Positions 1 to 11,225 of a stretch of 64,000 nt of DNA are shown piece after piece (the first letter of the stretch is position 1; every line of letters begins with the position of its first letter). The stretch lies in the NCBI GenBank assembly GCA_021613535.1, contig CP075497.1, positions 13,578,001-13,642,000 of the forward strand, given 5' to 3'. The notes under the pieces are model-generated. The model made no database searches. It saw nothing but the letters and a program-made list of their open reading frames with translations, and was not told where the DNA came from. The DNA comes from Adineta vaga (lineage: Eukaryota > Animalia > Rotifera). Position numbers and translations under genes: made by a program.

Positions 1-3000
1 TTAAACTTTCAAAATAATCAGCTTTCAAACCATTCACATTAGTGAAACAATAGTCAATCTGTGTTTTAGCATTAGTCGAACTTTTATCTAGTTTATTAGT
101 TAAAGTGAGTCCGAATGATTCCATATATTTGATAAACTTATGATTGATTTTCGTCTTCAAGTCTATATTGAAATCACCAACAACAACTATACTTTCACAA
201 ACTCGTTTAGAAATAGGAATAACTTCGTCAATATGTCGTTTTAGGACATCAAATGATGAATTTGGTGAATTATAAACAGAAATTATACAAATATCATCAA
301 CTTTTATTGAAGAATATTCAATATGATCTTTGCCTGAATATTCATCTTTCGGCAATAACTTCGAACTTCAAGTGGTTTTTCAAATAAGTAATTTGACCGA
401 ATGGTTTTCGTACATCATGACAATGACGTCTGTGAATTATCTTAAAACCTTCAATTTCTAAGTTGTCAATAGGTTTCGTCCATGTTTCAACAAGACTGAT
501 TACGGATGCAGACAAACGTTTTGTCAGATTTGACATCTAAAAAATGTTTATTCAATGATTGCACATTATGAAACATAATGGAGAATTTGTTCTCTTCAGA
601 TTCTTCAGGAAATTCAAGCGAAAATTTCAACATTCGCTCGGATCTCATACTTTTGAACATCAACGCCACTGCATCATTACGTTCAGGTGGTTTTGGTGGA
701 GCGAAGTCTCCAATTAAATATAAACCACTTGCTTTTGTTGCACGACTACAAGCAACATACAATTCAGATCTTGTCATTCCCTTCTTCAAATTGATAGCAA
801 CCTTCTCGTAAGTACCACCTTGACTTTTATATATGGTCATAGCTTCACAAGGTACTATTGGAAACTGTTTACGTTCTACTTTGAAGTTTGTTGACTTCGT
901 ATTTATTTGGCGTACTACTGGTTCAATTGGTGTAAGACTAGGATCAATAGTTCGATTACGCATTACGTTGTGAAAATTGGTTCTAGCTTTCCGTCCAGTT
1001 TTTTCTTCATTGAATTTAATCCATATTCTACATGGTACTGTTTCATTAGTTTTCTGAAGTTTTCCGTAATCAATCATCACTAACTTTCCACAAGCACCAT
1101 TGACTAATCCATCTTCAGTATCGAAATTGACTGTCAACATATACTTAGCACCCACCTTCAAATCGATTTTAAGTGGTAAGCCATAAGTTTCAGTTGTTTT
1201 GAGATTCTTTACGTTGTCCAACACTTTTTCTTTTAATGATGCAAGTCCATCACCAATGCAAAAGTCATATGCATTGGCAGTTGCGCCTTCAGTATGAAGA
1301 CTAGCTAATGCTTTTGTATTGTATGCATCAACTTCAGCATTACTTCTGAATATCCTTATGGCATTTTCAACCATTTCCAGACTTTCAATTGAAACAATTC
1401 GTGACTTTAACAGATGAATATCTTCATCTGTCATTGCTCCTTTAGCTATATTACTTAATGCAATGGCAAAAGTCTTATCATCCTTTTGCCTCATAATTTC
1501 TGTTAATTCAAACAATTCAAATAGTGACCATAACGGACTATCTACTAAAGCATTATATGAATTATTAAACTGGAATATGTATTTATCACCAACTGGTCTT
1601 AATTGATTGAAATCGCCTAGAACAATGACTGATATTCCACCAAATGATTTCTTTGTTCTCATTATTTGCTGCAAACGTGCATCAACTTGTTGAAACATTG
1701 TAAAACCAACCATTGATATTTCATCTATAATTAATAATTGTAAATCTTTTAATTTAACTCCAATTCTATTCGAAACATCGCTATTTAGTTGGACGAGTTT
1801 ATGTTTGCATTGATTTACTGGTAAACTTAAAAATGAATGCAAAGTCATTCCATCAATTAATGCTGCTGCTTTGCCAGTTGGTGCACATAGCGCAGCACGA
1901 ATACTATCTGGATTATATCCTGGAACTGAATTATAAAATCTTAGTATTGATTGATACACTGCTTTGATTAGAGTGCTTTTGCCAACACCTGCACCTCCAT
2001 TGATGAAATGAAAAAATTGATTTTCACCATTTTTAATCAAATTCATCACATTTAGAGTATATTTCCTTTGATTACTATTAAGATTTCTCATCATTTGTTG
2101 ATATTCTGTGTCTGGTATTATTTTGGGAACATTAAAGTGTTCGACTTTTTCAGTTCGAGTATTTATTCCCATTTCAACAAAAATATCACCTTCAGTATTT
2201 CCTATTTCATAAATGAGAAATTCATTTTTATCTTGATCGTATTCAATATTTGTATCATCAATATCATCTTCATCTTCTCTCTTTTCCATATGTTCTTCGA
2301 AAGTTTGTTCGAATTCATTAGCTTCACGATGAATATATTCAGATCTTTTCTGTTGAATTATATCTTTGTACAATTCAAACTTCTCTTCATGATTTATATG
2401 AATAAGTTCTTCTTCTTCATTAGTCCATGGAAGAAACAGCATCAGCTGCTCTCTATAATAGTTTTCAGTATCTTGATGTAGCTTAAAGTATCTGTATCTT
2501 ATGATTTTCTGCTTTGTTCTTTTTTTAATCCAACCTTTTCCATTTTTCATCTTCAAAGCAGTAGTTTTATCATTACTTTCATTTTCAGTAATATCTTCGT
2601 CATCAGAATTTTCTGTAATTCGATCACTGTCTGTTTTTTTCTTTGAGATATTATACAACGAAGCAAAATCAGCCAGACAAACATTTTTCATTTCGTCCGG
2701 TCTATTAACATACGTCTCAATCAAGCCCTCAACAAATACATCTTTTGAATCAGGCTCCAATTTTTGAAGAATTTCATCTGATTTGAGCATAGAAATTCTA
2801 TTTTCAGGTCTGTTTGTATTAATAAATACAGTACTTCTGCTACTGATGGAAAGTGGAATACTTAAAATATGATAAACAGCTTCTTGTGCAGAAATTTCAC
2901 TTGAATTCAAAAATTTATTTGCAATAACTCTAAGACGTTCTCTGACTGTGTTATTGCCTTTTTTTAGTTCGTTCAATGCTTCTCGTAGAAGTTTAGACAT

Positions 3001-5518
3001 GCCGTTTTCAGATTTGTTGATGTATTCAACACAGTACTTTAAGCATGCATAAGGATCAAGAATGAACTGAATATCCATATTCGCTCTGTGTAATGACATT
3101 ATTTGTGGATTATATGCATTGATTCGGATTTCATTTGGAGCACGTTTCAAGAAGAGCTTTGCTTTTTTTAAGTCAGCTCGAATCATTTTAATATATTGTT
3201 TTTCATTCATATTAATATGTTCCAAGAATTCATCAAAAGTTAATGAACTATCGATATCTTTTGAAGTTCTTTCATTACGTTCTCTTTCTTTTTACTTATT
3301 TCTTCACATTCTTTTCTAGTTAACTTCTCTTCGTCACCAAATGGTTCCAAAATCATAGTTTCTCTCATCGGAAAATATGGAATATCAAAACGACATATAA
3401 TACAACCGTTCACATATTTTTTACAGGTATGTGAGTGTTTATGACGTTGCAAACATATAAGTTCTTCAGAAAATTCTGTTGGTTTAGAACTAACCGAAAT
3501 CAGTTTATCAATAAATTCTATACATTTTTTAATTGATTCAGGTTTATTTTTGTCATATTTTGGAGCATTTTTTAACCATATCAAGGCATGAACATGTGGT
3601 GAACCACGAGCTTGAAATTCAATTCTGACATATTTATCTTCTAATTCATGGCCTTGAAATGGACCAGAAGGAGCTGATAATATTTCCCATAGACATTTTA
3701 CTCTATGTTCGAAATAACGAACACATGTTACAGGATCCTTTCTGATCAAATCACACTTCTTTTCATAGCTCATATTCTCTGCTTCTTCTAATGTTATGAC
3801 TTTATTTTCCAACACCTGAGTCAATATTACAATAAGTTCTGACCACTTTGTTTCTGCTGCTGATAAAGTCAAAAACAATGTGGCACAACCTAATTGTCGG
3901 TTCATAGCCATAAGTTCTTTTTTTTTCAGTTCCCAAAATGCTGGTGAGGATCGATCACATCTCAAGAATGTGAAAGCATCATCATTATGTATTAATCCAT
4001 TAACATAATCTCGATTGAGCATTTGTGCAACAGTTACATTCTTTGTATTTTTTGTTTTTCTCAAAGTTATTGAAATAGCATCTGAAAACTTTCTCGTTTG
4101 CAATTTCTTATAGGTAAAAAATAGTTTCGATATTCTACCACATCTTCGATCGAACATTCTTAGTTCTGACTTAGCAATTTTAGCATAAGTCAATTTAACA
4201 TTTTCTTTGATTTTTCTTTGTTTACCACAATAAATTTTTGGAAATGTTAATTCGTCAACTTTCATATTCATCAAAACTGATATTGGTCTGTTATTCTCTG
4301 CTGGAGCAAATTTAATACCAGTATCATTTTGATCTTCAATCTCATCATTTAATAATGTTTCGGTAACTGCTGGATTGATTGGTTTATCGTCAGATTCATT
4401 CCAATTGGCATCATCATCATCTTCCGATTCCTTCATATTTTCATTCTCATGAATTTTTTTATCTTCATCTTTAACAATGAAATTTTCTCGTTCATTAGAA
4501 TATTCATTCAACCAATCATTGGATATAATGATACCTTCGGCTTTATATAGTTCCTGTTCGACAAGATATTTAACAGCTGTATGTACAACTTTTGGTCGAA
4601 TTGTTTCATACATGAAGGCGTTTTTATTTTTCATTTGTCTCATGAGTTTTAGTTGAATCGTATGAGTATCACTAAACTTTCTCGGTAAGACTGAAACATT
4701 TGAGTCAACATTCATCGGAACATTGACCAGATTACCTTTGAGACCAAATTGCTTACAGAAGCCTAACGTTCGAATTACCATAAAAGGAATTCTTGGTGAT
4801 ATTAGTCGTTCTTCTAATTCAGTCAAGATTTTCAAACAATCTGGTATTTCATAGAATGCTAAACCATTAGATAAACTGATATTAGGTACCTTTTTCGACA
4901 TAATGTCCTTTCTACAAGTGACACATAATTTAATGTTCGCATGTTTCAAATAACAAACTGTATTGATAAATTATTCTGTTAATCCTTTTTTTTTAACATC
5001 TCAACTGTATATTCTCTGATGGAATACTCAAACCATAAACCATCACAGCAACTACAAATATGAGTAGGTCCTTCGTTTATTTTTGATTCATAATTTGATT
5101 TCATATTTTCCAAATTATTTTTGTATTTTTCTCTGTTATTATGTATTCTTAATGCATTTTATTTTCTCTCCTCTTCTTTGAATTCTTCATCTTCTCGTGT
5201 AATTTTCAGAGCTTCAGCTCTTCTTTTATTATCTACTTTTTTGAATTCATCATTTTGTCGTTCAGTTTTATGCGAACCTGCTCGCCTTTTATTTTCTTCT
5301 GTTTTAAATTCATCATCTTTTTGTGCAAATTTTAGAGCTGAAGCTCTTCGTTTGTTTTCTTCTTCTTTATATTCATCATTTTGTCGTTCAATATTATGAG
5401 AATTTGCTCGTCGTCTGTTGTCAAACAAGCGATACTCATCATCAGTTCTTTTTTCTCTCATTGTCCTAGCCATCTCAACATTTTTTTGAGATATAGATCT
5501 CTTTTTAAGCTTTGGCAT
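1..5518 (-). pseudogene. Helentron/Helitron2 RepHel-endonuclease transposase, disrupted; runs off the left edge
   Basis: N-terminal charged ~20-aa repeats from ATG 5518. Zn-finger GPTHICSCC...CVTC (~5075-4915). Rep motifs FLTLSAAE, EFQARGSPHVH (HUH, with S as in Helentrons) and YACLKYCVEY. PIF1 helicase motifs GGAGVGKS, IIDEISM, GDFNQLRPV, KSQGGT, YVACSRA. C-terminal AP-endonuclease-like domain reconstructed across frameshifts (FHNVQSL, LVETW, ISVYNSP, VVGDFNID, TQIDYCF in 1-580). In-frame TAA stops at ~5160 and ~4972; frameshifts at ~5120, ~4990, ~3250, ~515, ~345. Confidence 0.93.
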
Positions 5519-6374
5519 TTCTTCAAACGAGATGGAAAAGCACTTTTGATGTGGCTGTTTTTTTCTGAGCTGTAGATAATGAAACAAAAAAATATACGAT
5601 TAAATCAGTTGTTAAAATTTCAAATGAAGGCAGCTTCTCACTCAGATTAAGCACGTGTAAATATCGAGTGAGCCTTCTACTGAGTGAGGCACGTGTTTAT
5701 CTCTAAACTTGGTGAGATAAGCAATAAATAAGTTTCTTTCGAGATAAATCTTCGTTAAGGCTTGGTGAAGACGTATATACTCGATTCGAAGTAAGAAACT
5801 TTAGACAATGAAAAATTGTCAATTTTTTGAGCAATAATTTGATTTATATTTTCTTTATTTGAACAAAAGAATTTGATTTTATTGTTTTTATTTGATTGAT
5901 GTTTTTATTTATTTAATTGAAAATAATAGAAATCTAAAAGGACGAAAAAAACGAATGACTGTGATTTCAGTCACGAAAATAATTTCATTTGTAAATGAAA
6001 ATAGATCTTAAATTAATGTCTGATTTTATTTGTATTCATTGCTTTTTAATTAGTACAAGATATAAATTAAAGACCAAATGATGATTGAAACAATTAGATA
6101 CTTTTGAGAAAACTTCTTTTTATTTGAAACAAGAAAACAATGTTTCTATACATCTTTTTCAAATAGTATACGACATGTTTTTTAATTTCTTTTGTTTACT
6201 TAGCGAAGAAAAAACGTCATATTGTTGTTGTTGTTGTGAAATATGATGAACAATAAGATTTTTATTTATTTTTTTCTAAAGCAGCTCGGAATAAATCAGT
6301 TCTAAAACGAAGAGTAGTTTAATTTAAGATAAATAAGAGATGAATAAAACCATACATGGTAGATTTAAAAATAT

Positions 6375-7015
6375 CTACGGATATTTGAGTTTGTTGTTCA
6401 CTGGTTTCTTGTTTTTTTTGGGGATTTTAGGCAATTGAGAAACACTCTTTATATTTCTTTCCACTACTTGTATATTAACTGCTTCATGACCTTTTGATGC
6501 TACAAAACAGAAAAAAATAATTCATGTCATGAAGAAAATTAGATAAATTACTTTTGATAACATCGAATTCACATTTATCGGATATAAAGAGTTTTTTTTC
6601 ACGAGCAGATGGATTAACAATAGATGCTTCTCTTGCAAAAATATCCTTGTACTGATTTTTATTATTATCACTACTACAAAGCACATGAGATTGAATATAA
6701 AAAAATAAAAAGTGCATGATAATAACCGTTTAAGAAAAACGTAATGCTTTGCTCGATTGACCGTGACAACTGTTCCATAGATCGCTTTATCTAAGAAAAG
6801 AATTTTTATTTTAATTTTTTTAATTTTTGTAGTATATTACCAACAAGTACAGGTGCATTATTGTTAATAGGAACGAGTACTTTATTCTTGCTTCGAATAA
6901 TTGTTCGTTCATTATTATCAGCAACTGTTGAATCATTATCATCATCAATAATCACTGATTCATTGCCAATTGAATCTGCACGTGTTCTTGTCATTGATTG
7001 CTTTGATTTATTCAT
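6375..7015 (-). CDS. Spliced 4-exon gene, 161 aa, divergent cold-shock-domain (Y-box-like OB-fold) protein
   Basis: Exons 7015-6841, 6790-6727, 6673-6552, 6499-6375 joined by GT-AG introns of 50, 53 and 52 nt give a 486-nt open frame. Product includes VLVDKAIYGTVVTVNRAKHYVFLKRSDNNKNQYKDIFAREASIVNPSAREKKLFISDKCEFDVIKTSKGHEAVNIQV, which aligns by eye to the Y-box CSD ([45 protein letters not shown]). Lys-rich tail. Confidence 0.8.
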
Positions 7016-7746
7016 TTTCAAACTGAAATATTTCTACTTATTATCATTTTGAAGTGTCTTATTTAGAAGGTGTATTCTGTTGTTTTTTTTGAACAATCAA
7101 AGCAAGATTTTATGAAACAAAAAAGACTTTCATGGAAATAAAGAAGTTTCTTTAAAAATATTGAAAATGACGAACAATGAAAACAATTACATATTTGAAC
7201 AAGATAAAAATATTATTCATTTATCTTTTATTTCACATAAGAATAATTTAAAATATTTTAATTGTTCAATCAATAATAAGAATTATTTTATTTTTCATTT
7301 CAATATTCATTGTTTCGTTCATAAAAATTATTTCAACGGAAATTTTATTTGAAATGAAAACGTTTTTTTATTAATATCAGAACAAATTAGTAAAAGTCTT
7401 CATTTCTTTCACTATATTCCATTTGTTCGTTCAATTCCGTTAACTGAACAGTAACCAACGACAATCAAGTTAATTGCAAAATGATTGTATTATGTAAATG
7501 AAGATGTCGAGTTCAAATATGAACCGTACTCAATTCCAAATTCTTTCACATGAGCAATAGTCAAGAGAAATTGTGTTTATGAAACAGATTCTTCGTGATA
7601 GTTTCGGTGTTCAGATATTCTAGAATGAGTTAACTATCTCGTACACTTTTTGCAGTACACATAACTTTCGGATAAAATCCGAAGTTTCCGCATTTATTTA
7701 CATGATAATTAAATATATACATTAAATACTTCTTTATTGATTTCAG

Positions 7747-9933
7747 GTTCTATTTGGAATGTGGTTAATGGCTTTATTGGTGAACAGCAACACATTAGAT
7801 GAAATGGTCATTGTCTGGTGGAATATTTGTATTGTTCTTCTTAGTGTAAATCAAAATGATCAACTCAAAATGGCTGAAAAAATGAATAATAATCCCAATA
7901 CAACAAATTTTGTACTACAGAATGTTATAGGGAAACTCAAAGGAGAATTCACTAGCACTCTTGAAACAAATGTGAGTGAAAAGCATCAAAAATTAAATGT
8001 AGTAACTTTCTAATCACTAGATATCAGCCAATAGTCTCGCGACGTATATGTCACAAGGAAAATTAAAATCCAATGCAATTTAAAATTTCCTCGTAGCATA
8101 TATAAATATAATTTAGGATGAATCCGAGTTTTCAAATTTAATATATTTGAGAATAAGATTTTATGAGCACTTATAATGTTCGGATATATTGTATTACTCG
8201 ATTACTGTAATTTATCTTCTTATTTATATTGAATGGAAAAGTCCACAATAAGAGAAAAAGGCGAGAGATAAGATATGAAAGAAATTAAGGGAAGCTCTAC
8301 CAAAGAGGGAAAGGAGTAAACATGTAAATACGAGACAATAAAAGATAAAGTGGAACAATGAAAGTATAGTATGATTATTGATACTTAACTTCGTGTGTGA
8401 TTTATGTGAGATTTTATTTTCCTCAAATATATAAAAAGAAAAATGCTCGACGAAAGAATAGAAAAACTATTTCAAATGCAATTGCGAAAGTGACGTATAT
8501 AATATTTGTATTATCTAATTAATTTTATGTTTTGATACTCTGATTGAATAAAATACATTATATAAAAAAACCTCCTCTCATGATATATATCTTAATTCAT
8601 TACTAAGAAATGCATTACCTTATTTATTTAGACCGATGAAGATGATTCAAATTACTTGATACTTGGTGAAGAAGACGCTCTCTTATATTTAGAATCATCT
8701 TTTAAAAAATCATTCACCACAATTTTCCAACAATGTAAAGAATTACTCAAGATTTATGATACCGATCAATGGAAACATTTACAAAGTAATCCATTATTTT
8801 CTGCTGCATTTCTTACTCGCCTTCTCAAACTTTATATGCTGACAGCTACGCTCTGGAGTAATCTTCTTTTGGGTAATTTTGCTCATCGATATGGTTACTC
8901 ATCAGCTTCAACAATACCATCATGCTCATGTCATTTTGGAAGAAGTACAGGAGTATCTAAATCAAGAATGCGAGTATTAAAAGAAGCTATCCTAAATAAT
9001 AAAGTATACTCACGAGTTGACGAAGTGATAGGTAAGTTAGGTGAAACAATTGAAGCAATTGAATTTCAATTTGCTGATTATCCCTTGATCAAAAACACAA
9101 AAGATCGACTGTTGCCTGCAAGAAAAAAAAACCAGCATCAGAAGAGTGGAACAAACGTAGAAGGACGGGAAGCACCGACAATACTTATGCCTCTGGACAT
9201 CCATCGATGAATCTTGTTGCCATGATGAATACTCGTTTATTAGGACAAAATGATGATGCAAACCTAGGTAATGAAGTGGAAATTTGCTTAGAAAGTAAGA
9301 AACGATTAGATTATGCAACTTTATATGCATATAATAATTCCATCATAGTAGATACTTAGAAAACTTCTTCAATTTATTTTTACTACTAATTAAACCTTGA
9401 TTACATTCATGATTCCATGTATTAGTAGCGAACCAACTACTAACTATTTTTCGAGAATTTATGAAATTTAGATGTTGGACAACCTTCACATTTTACGCTT
9501 CGAGAACAAAAGGAGCAGTTGTTGGTATAATAGCATGATACAAATGATCCTGGCATCAGGCAACATCATTGAAGCAATTCAACGTATCGAAATCATCGAT
9601 GACGATCTTGTATCTTCAAAAGTGGTTTTTATGATCAAAATGTTGAAAATATTGGTGAAGAGACAGAGAGACTCAGGCAATGACGACAAGAGAAGAATTG
9701 TTGAACAAAGTTTGATTTCGGAACAACTGGGATATCTTCAATGGGCTGGAATTAACATTCGTCCTGATTATTACAATTGCATCTTCGACTTTTTTCAGAC
9801 AGCAATCGCAAATGTTCTTGAATTTTATGATACTGATTTTAATTTTGTTATCGATATTTCGATGAACAGCCAAAACGCAGGTAACGCACAGACGTTTTTT
9901 CAACTTGAAACGGAAGTATCAAGAGAACGGTAA
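7747..9933 (+). pseudogene. Degraded NOF/Foldback (MULE-related) transposase-like fragment ending in a USP/C19-peptidase-like Cys box
   Basis: Exon-like pieces 7747-8001, 8632-9267, 9472-9933 bounded by AG/GT. Motifs ALLVNSNTLDEM..ICIVLLS, NPLFS..LLKLY..LWSNLLLG..RSTGVS..LKEAIL and EEWNKRR (after a frameshift in the A-run at ~9125) resemble NOF-like proteins from memory. FENKRSSCWYNSMIQMIL resembles the USP NxxxxCYxNSxLQ box. No N-terminus or TIRs found. Confidence 0.5.
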
Positions 9934-10219
9934 GAGGGAAAGACTTGTAATTTTGAACAAATATGTAGGTAAATAAGTTCTAAAACATCTGAAAGTTTCA
10001 GCGTTCACAGTCGAGCCATTTGGATTTTATGAGTAAAATACTGGTGGGTAACACACAGACAAAAAAGACCCTCGGTTCTCAGTAGATACGAAAGAAGCGA
10101 TAAATTCTGCAAACTTATCCATAATAATGATATTTTGTGAGAGAAGAGTTTTGTAGCTGACAATCAGGGCTATTTTTTGCTGCAAAGAAAATTTAGATAT
10201 CTTGAAAAATACGCGAGCT

Positions 10220-10276
10220 ATCTTGAGGGTGTGGGTGTGACAGAAGAAGAGATACCCACACCCACACCCTCAAGAT
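10220..10276. repeat. Perfect 20-bp inverted repeat (hairpin) with 17-nt loop
   Basis: atcttgagggtgtgggtgtg (10220-10239) and cacacccacaccctcaagat (10257-10276). Confidence 0.9.
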
Positions 10277-10345
10277 CCGCTTCAATTTCTATTTCCAATA
10301 AATCTTTCACTTCTTTCCTCAACCATCAGAAGAACTAATAAATTA

Positions 10346-11225
10346 CAGTAAAACCTCTATTAGTGAACACCTCCTTATTCTGAACATTTTCAATCGGTGT
10401 GAAACTAGCACGATGGAGCTAGCACGACGAAACAAAGATTTAGCTAAAACTTTTTTATAAGGTAAGTCCCATCCATAAAGACGAGTCCATTCGACTCAGA
10501 ATTTAATTCTGCATCGAATGGTGCTACTTTTATTCACGGGACAAGCTTTAGAAAAAGTTCTGCCTACCTCTTTATTTTCCTCCTATGTAAGAGAAAAAAA
10601 CCTAGATAAAAGTTTTCCAAAGCTTGTCCCGTGAATAAAAGTATCACCATTCGGTGTAGAATTAAATTCTGAATCGAATGGACTAGTTTTATAGATGGGA
10701 CTTACTTTATAAAAAAGTTTTAGCTAAATCTTTGTTTCGTCGTGCTAGCTCCGTCGTGCTAGCTTCACATCGATACATTTTCAGGTCCGACGGAGCGAAT
10801 TTTGCTGGAAATGCACCTCTCTATTGTGAACACCTCTTTATTCTGAACATGAACACTTCTTTTTCAGTCCCTTTTGCCACTACAGCCTCTCTAATGTGAA
10901 CAGATGTTCATATTTTTTTCTTTTTCTCCTCATTTGTTACACATACGATTTGTATACCCAGGTCGAACTCACCCTGTCGGATCGAATCACCTGGGTATCT
11001 GGCCTATTTTCTTCTAACTAACGTCTGTTCGGAATAAGAGGAATCATTGTCTCATTTCTTATTTTTGTTAATTATCTAATCAGCCGGAGAAGCCTCTCGA
11101 TTTTTTCTCATTCATCTAATTATCTCTCTCAGCAGAATGTACACCACCTCTACATAATGAACACCTCCCTATAGTGAACACTTTTGAAATGTCCCAATGG
11201 TGTTCACATTAGAGAGGTTTTACTG
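10346..11225. mobile_element. Tc1/mariner-pogo-type MITE with TA target duplication
   Basis: ta|cagtaaaacctct...agaggttttactg|ta; TIR extends imperfectly to gtgaacac/gtgttcac; subterminal cacctc..tgaaca repeats; no ORF. Confidence 0.88.
10393..10774. mobile_element. Foldback/MULE-type palindromic MITE nested in the pogo-like MITE
   Basis: ~165-bp inverted arms (atcggtgtgaaactagcacg... / ...cgtgctagcttcacatcgat) flanked by a perfect 9-bp direct repeat acattttca (10384-10392 and 10775-10783). Confidence 0.92.

Noticed and set aside
578-5575. Plus-strand ORFs overlapping RepHel
   Set aside because: Antisense shadows of the biased RepHel coding sequence.
10393-10774. Structured ncRNA or CRISPR-like interpretation of the long palindrome
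   Set aside because: The 9-bp TSD and nesting explain it as a foldback MITE; no repeat-spacer array.
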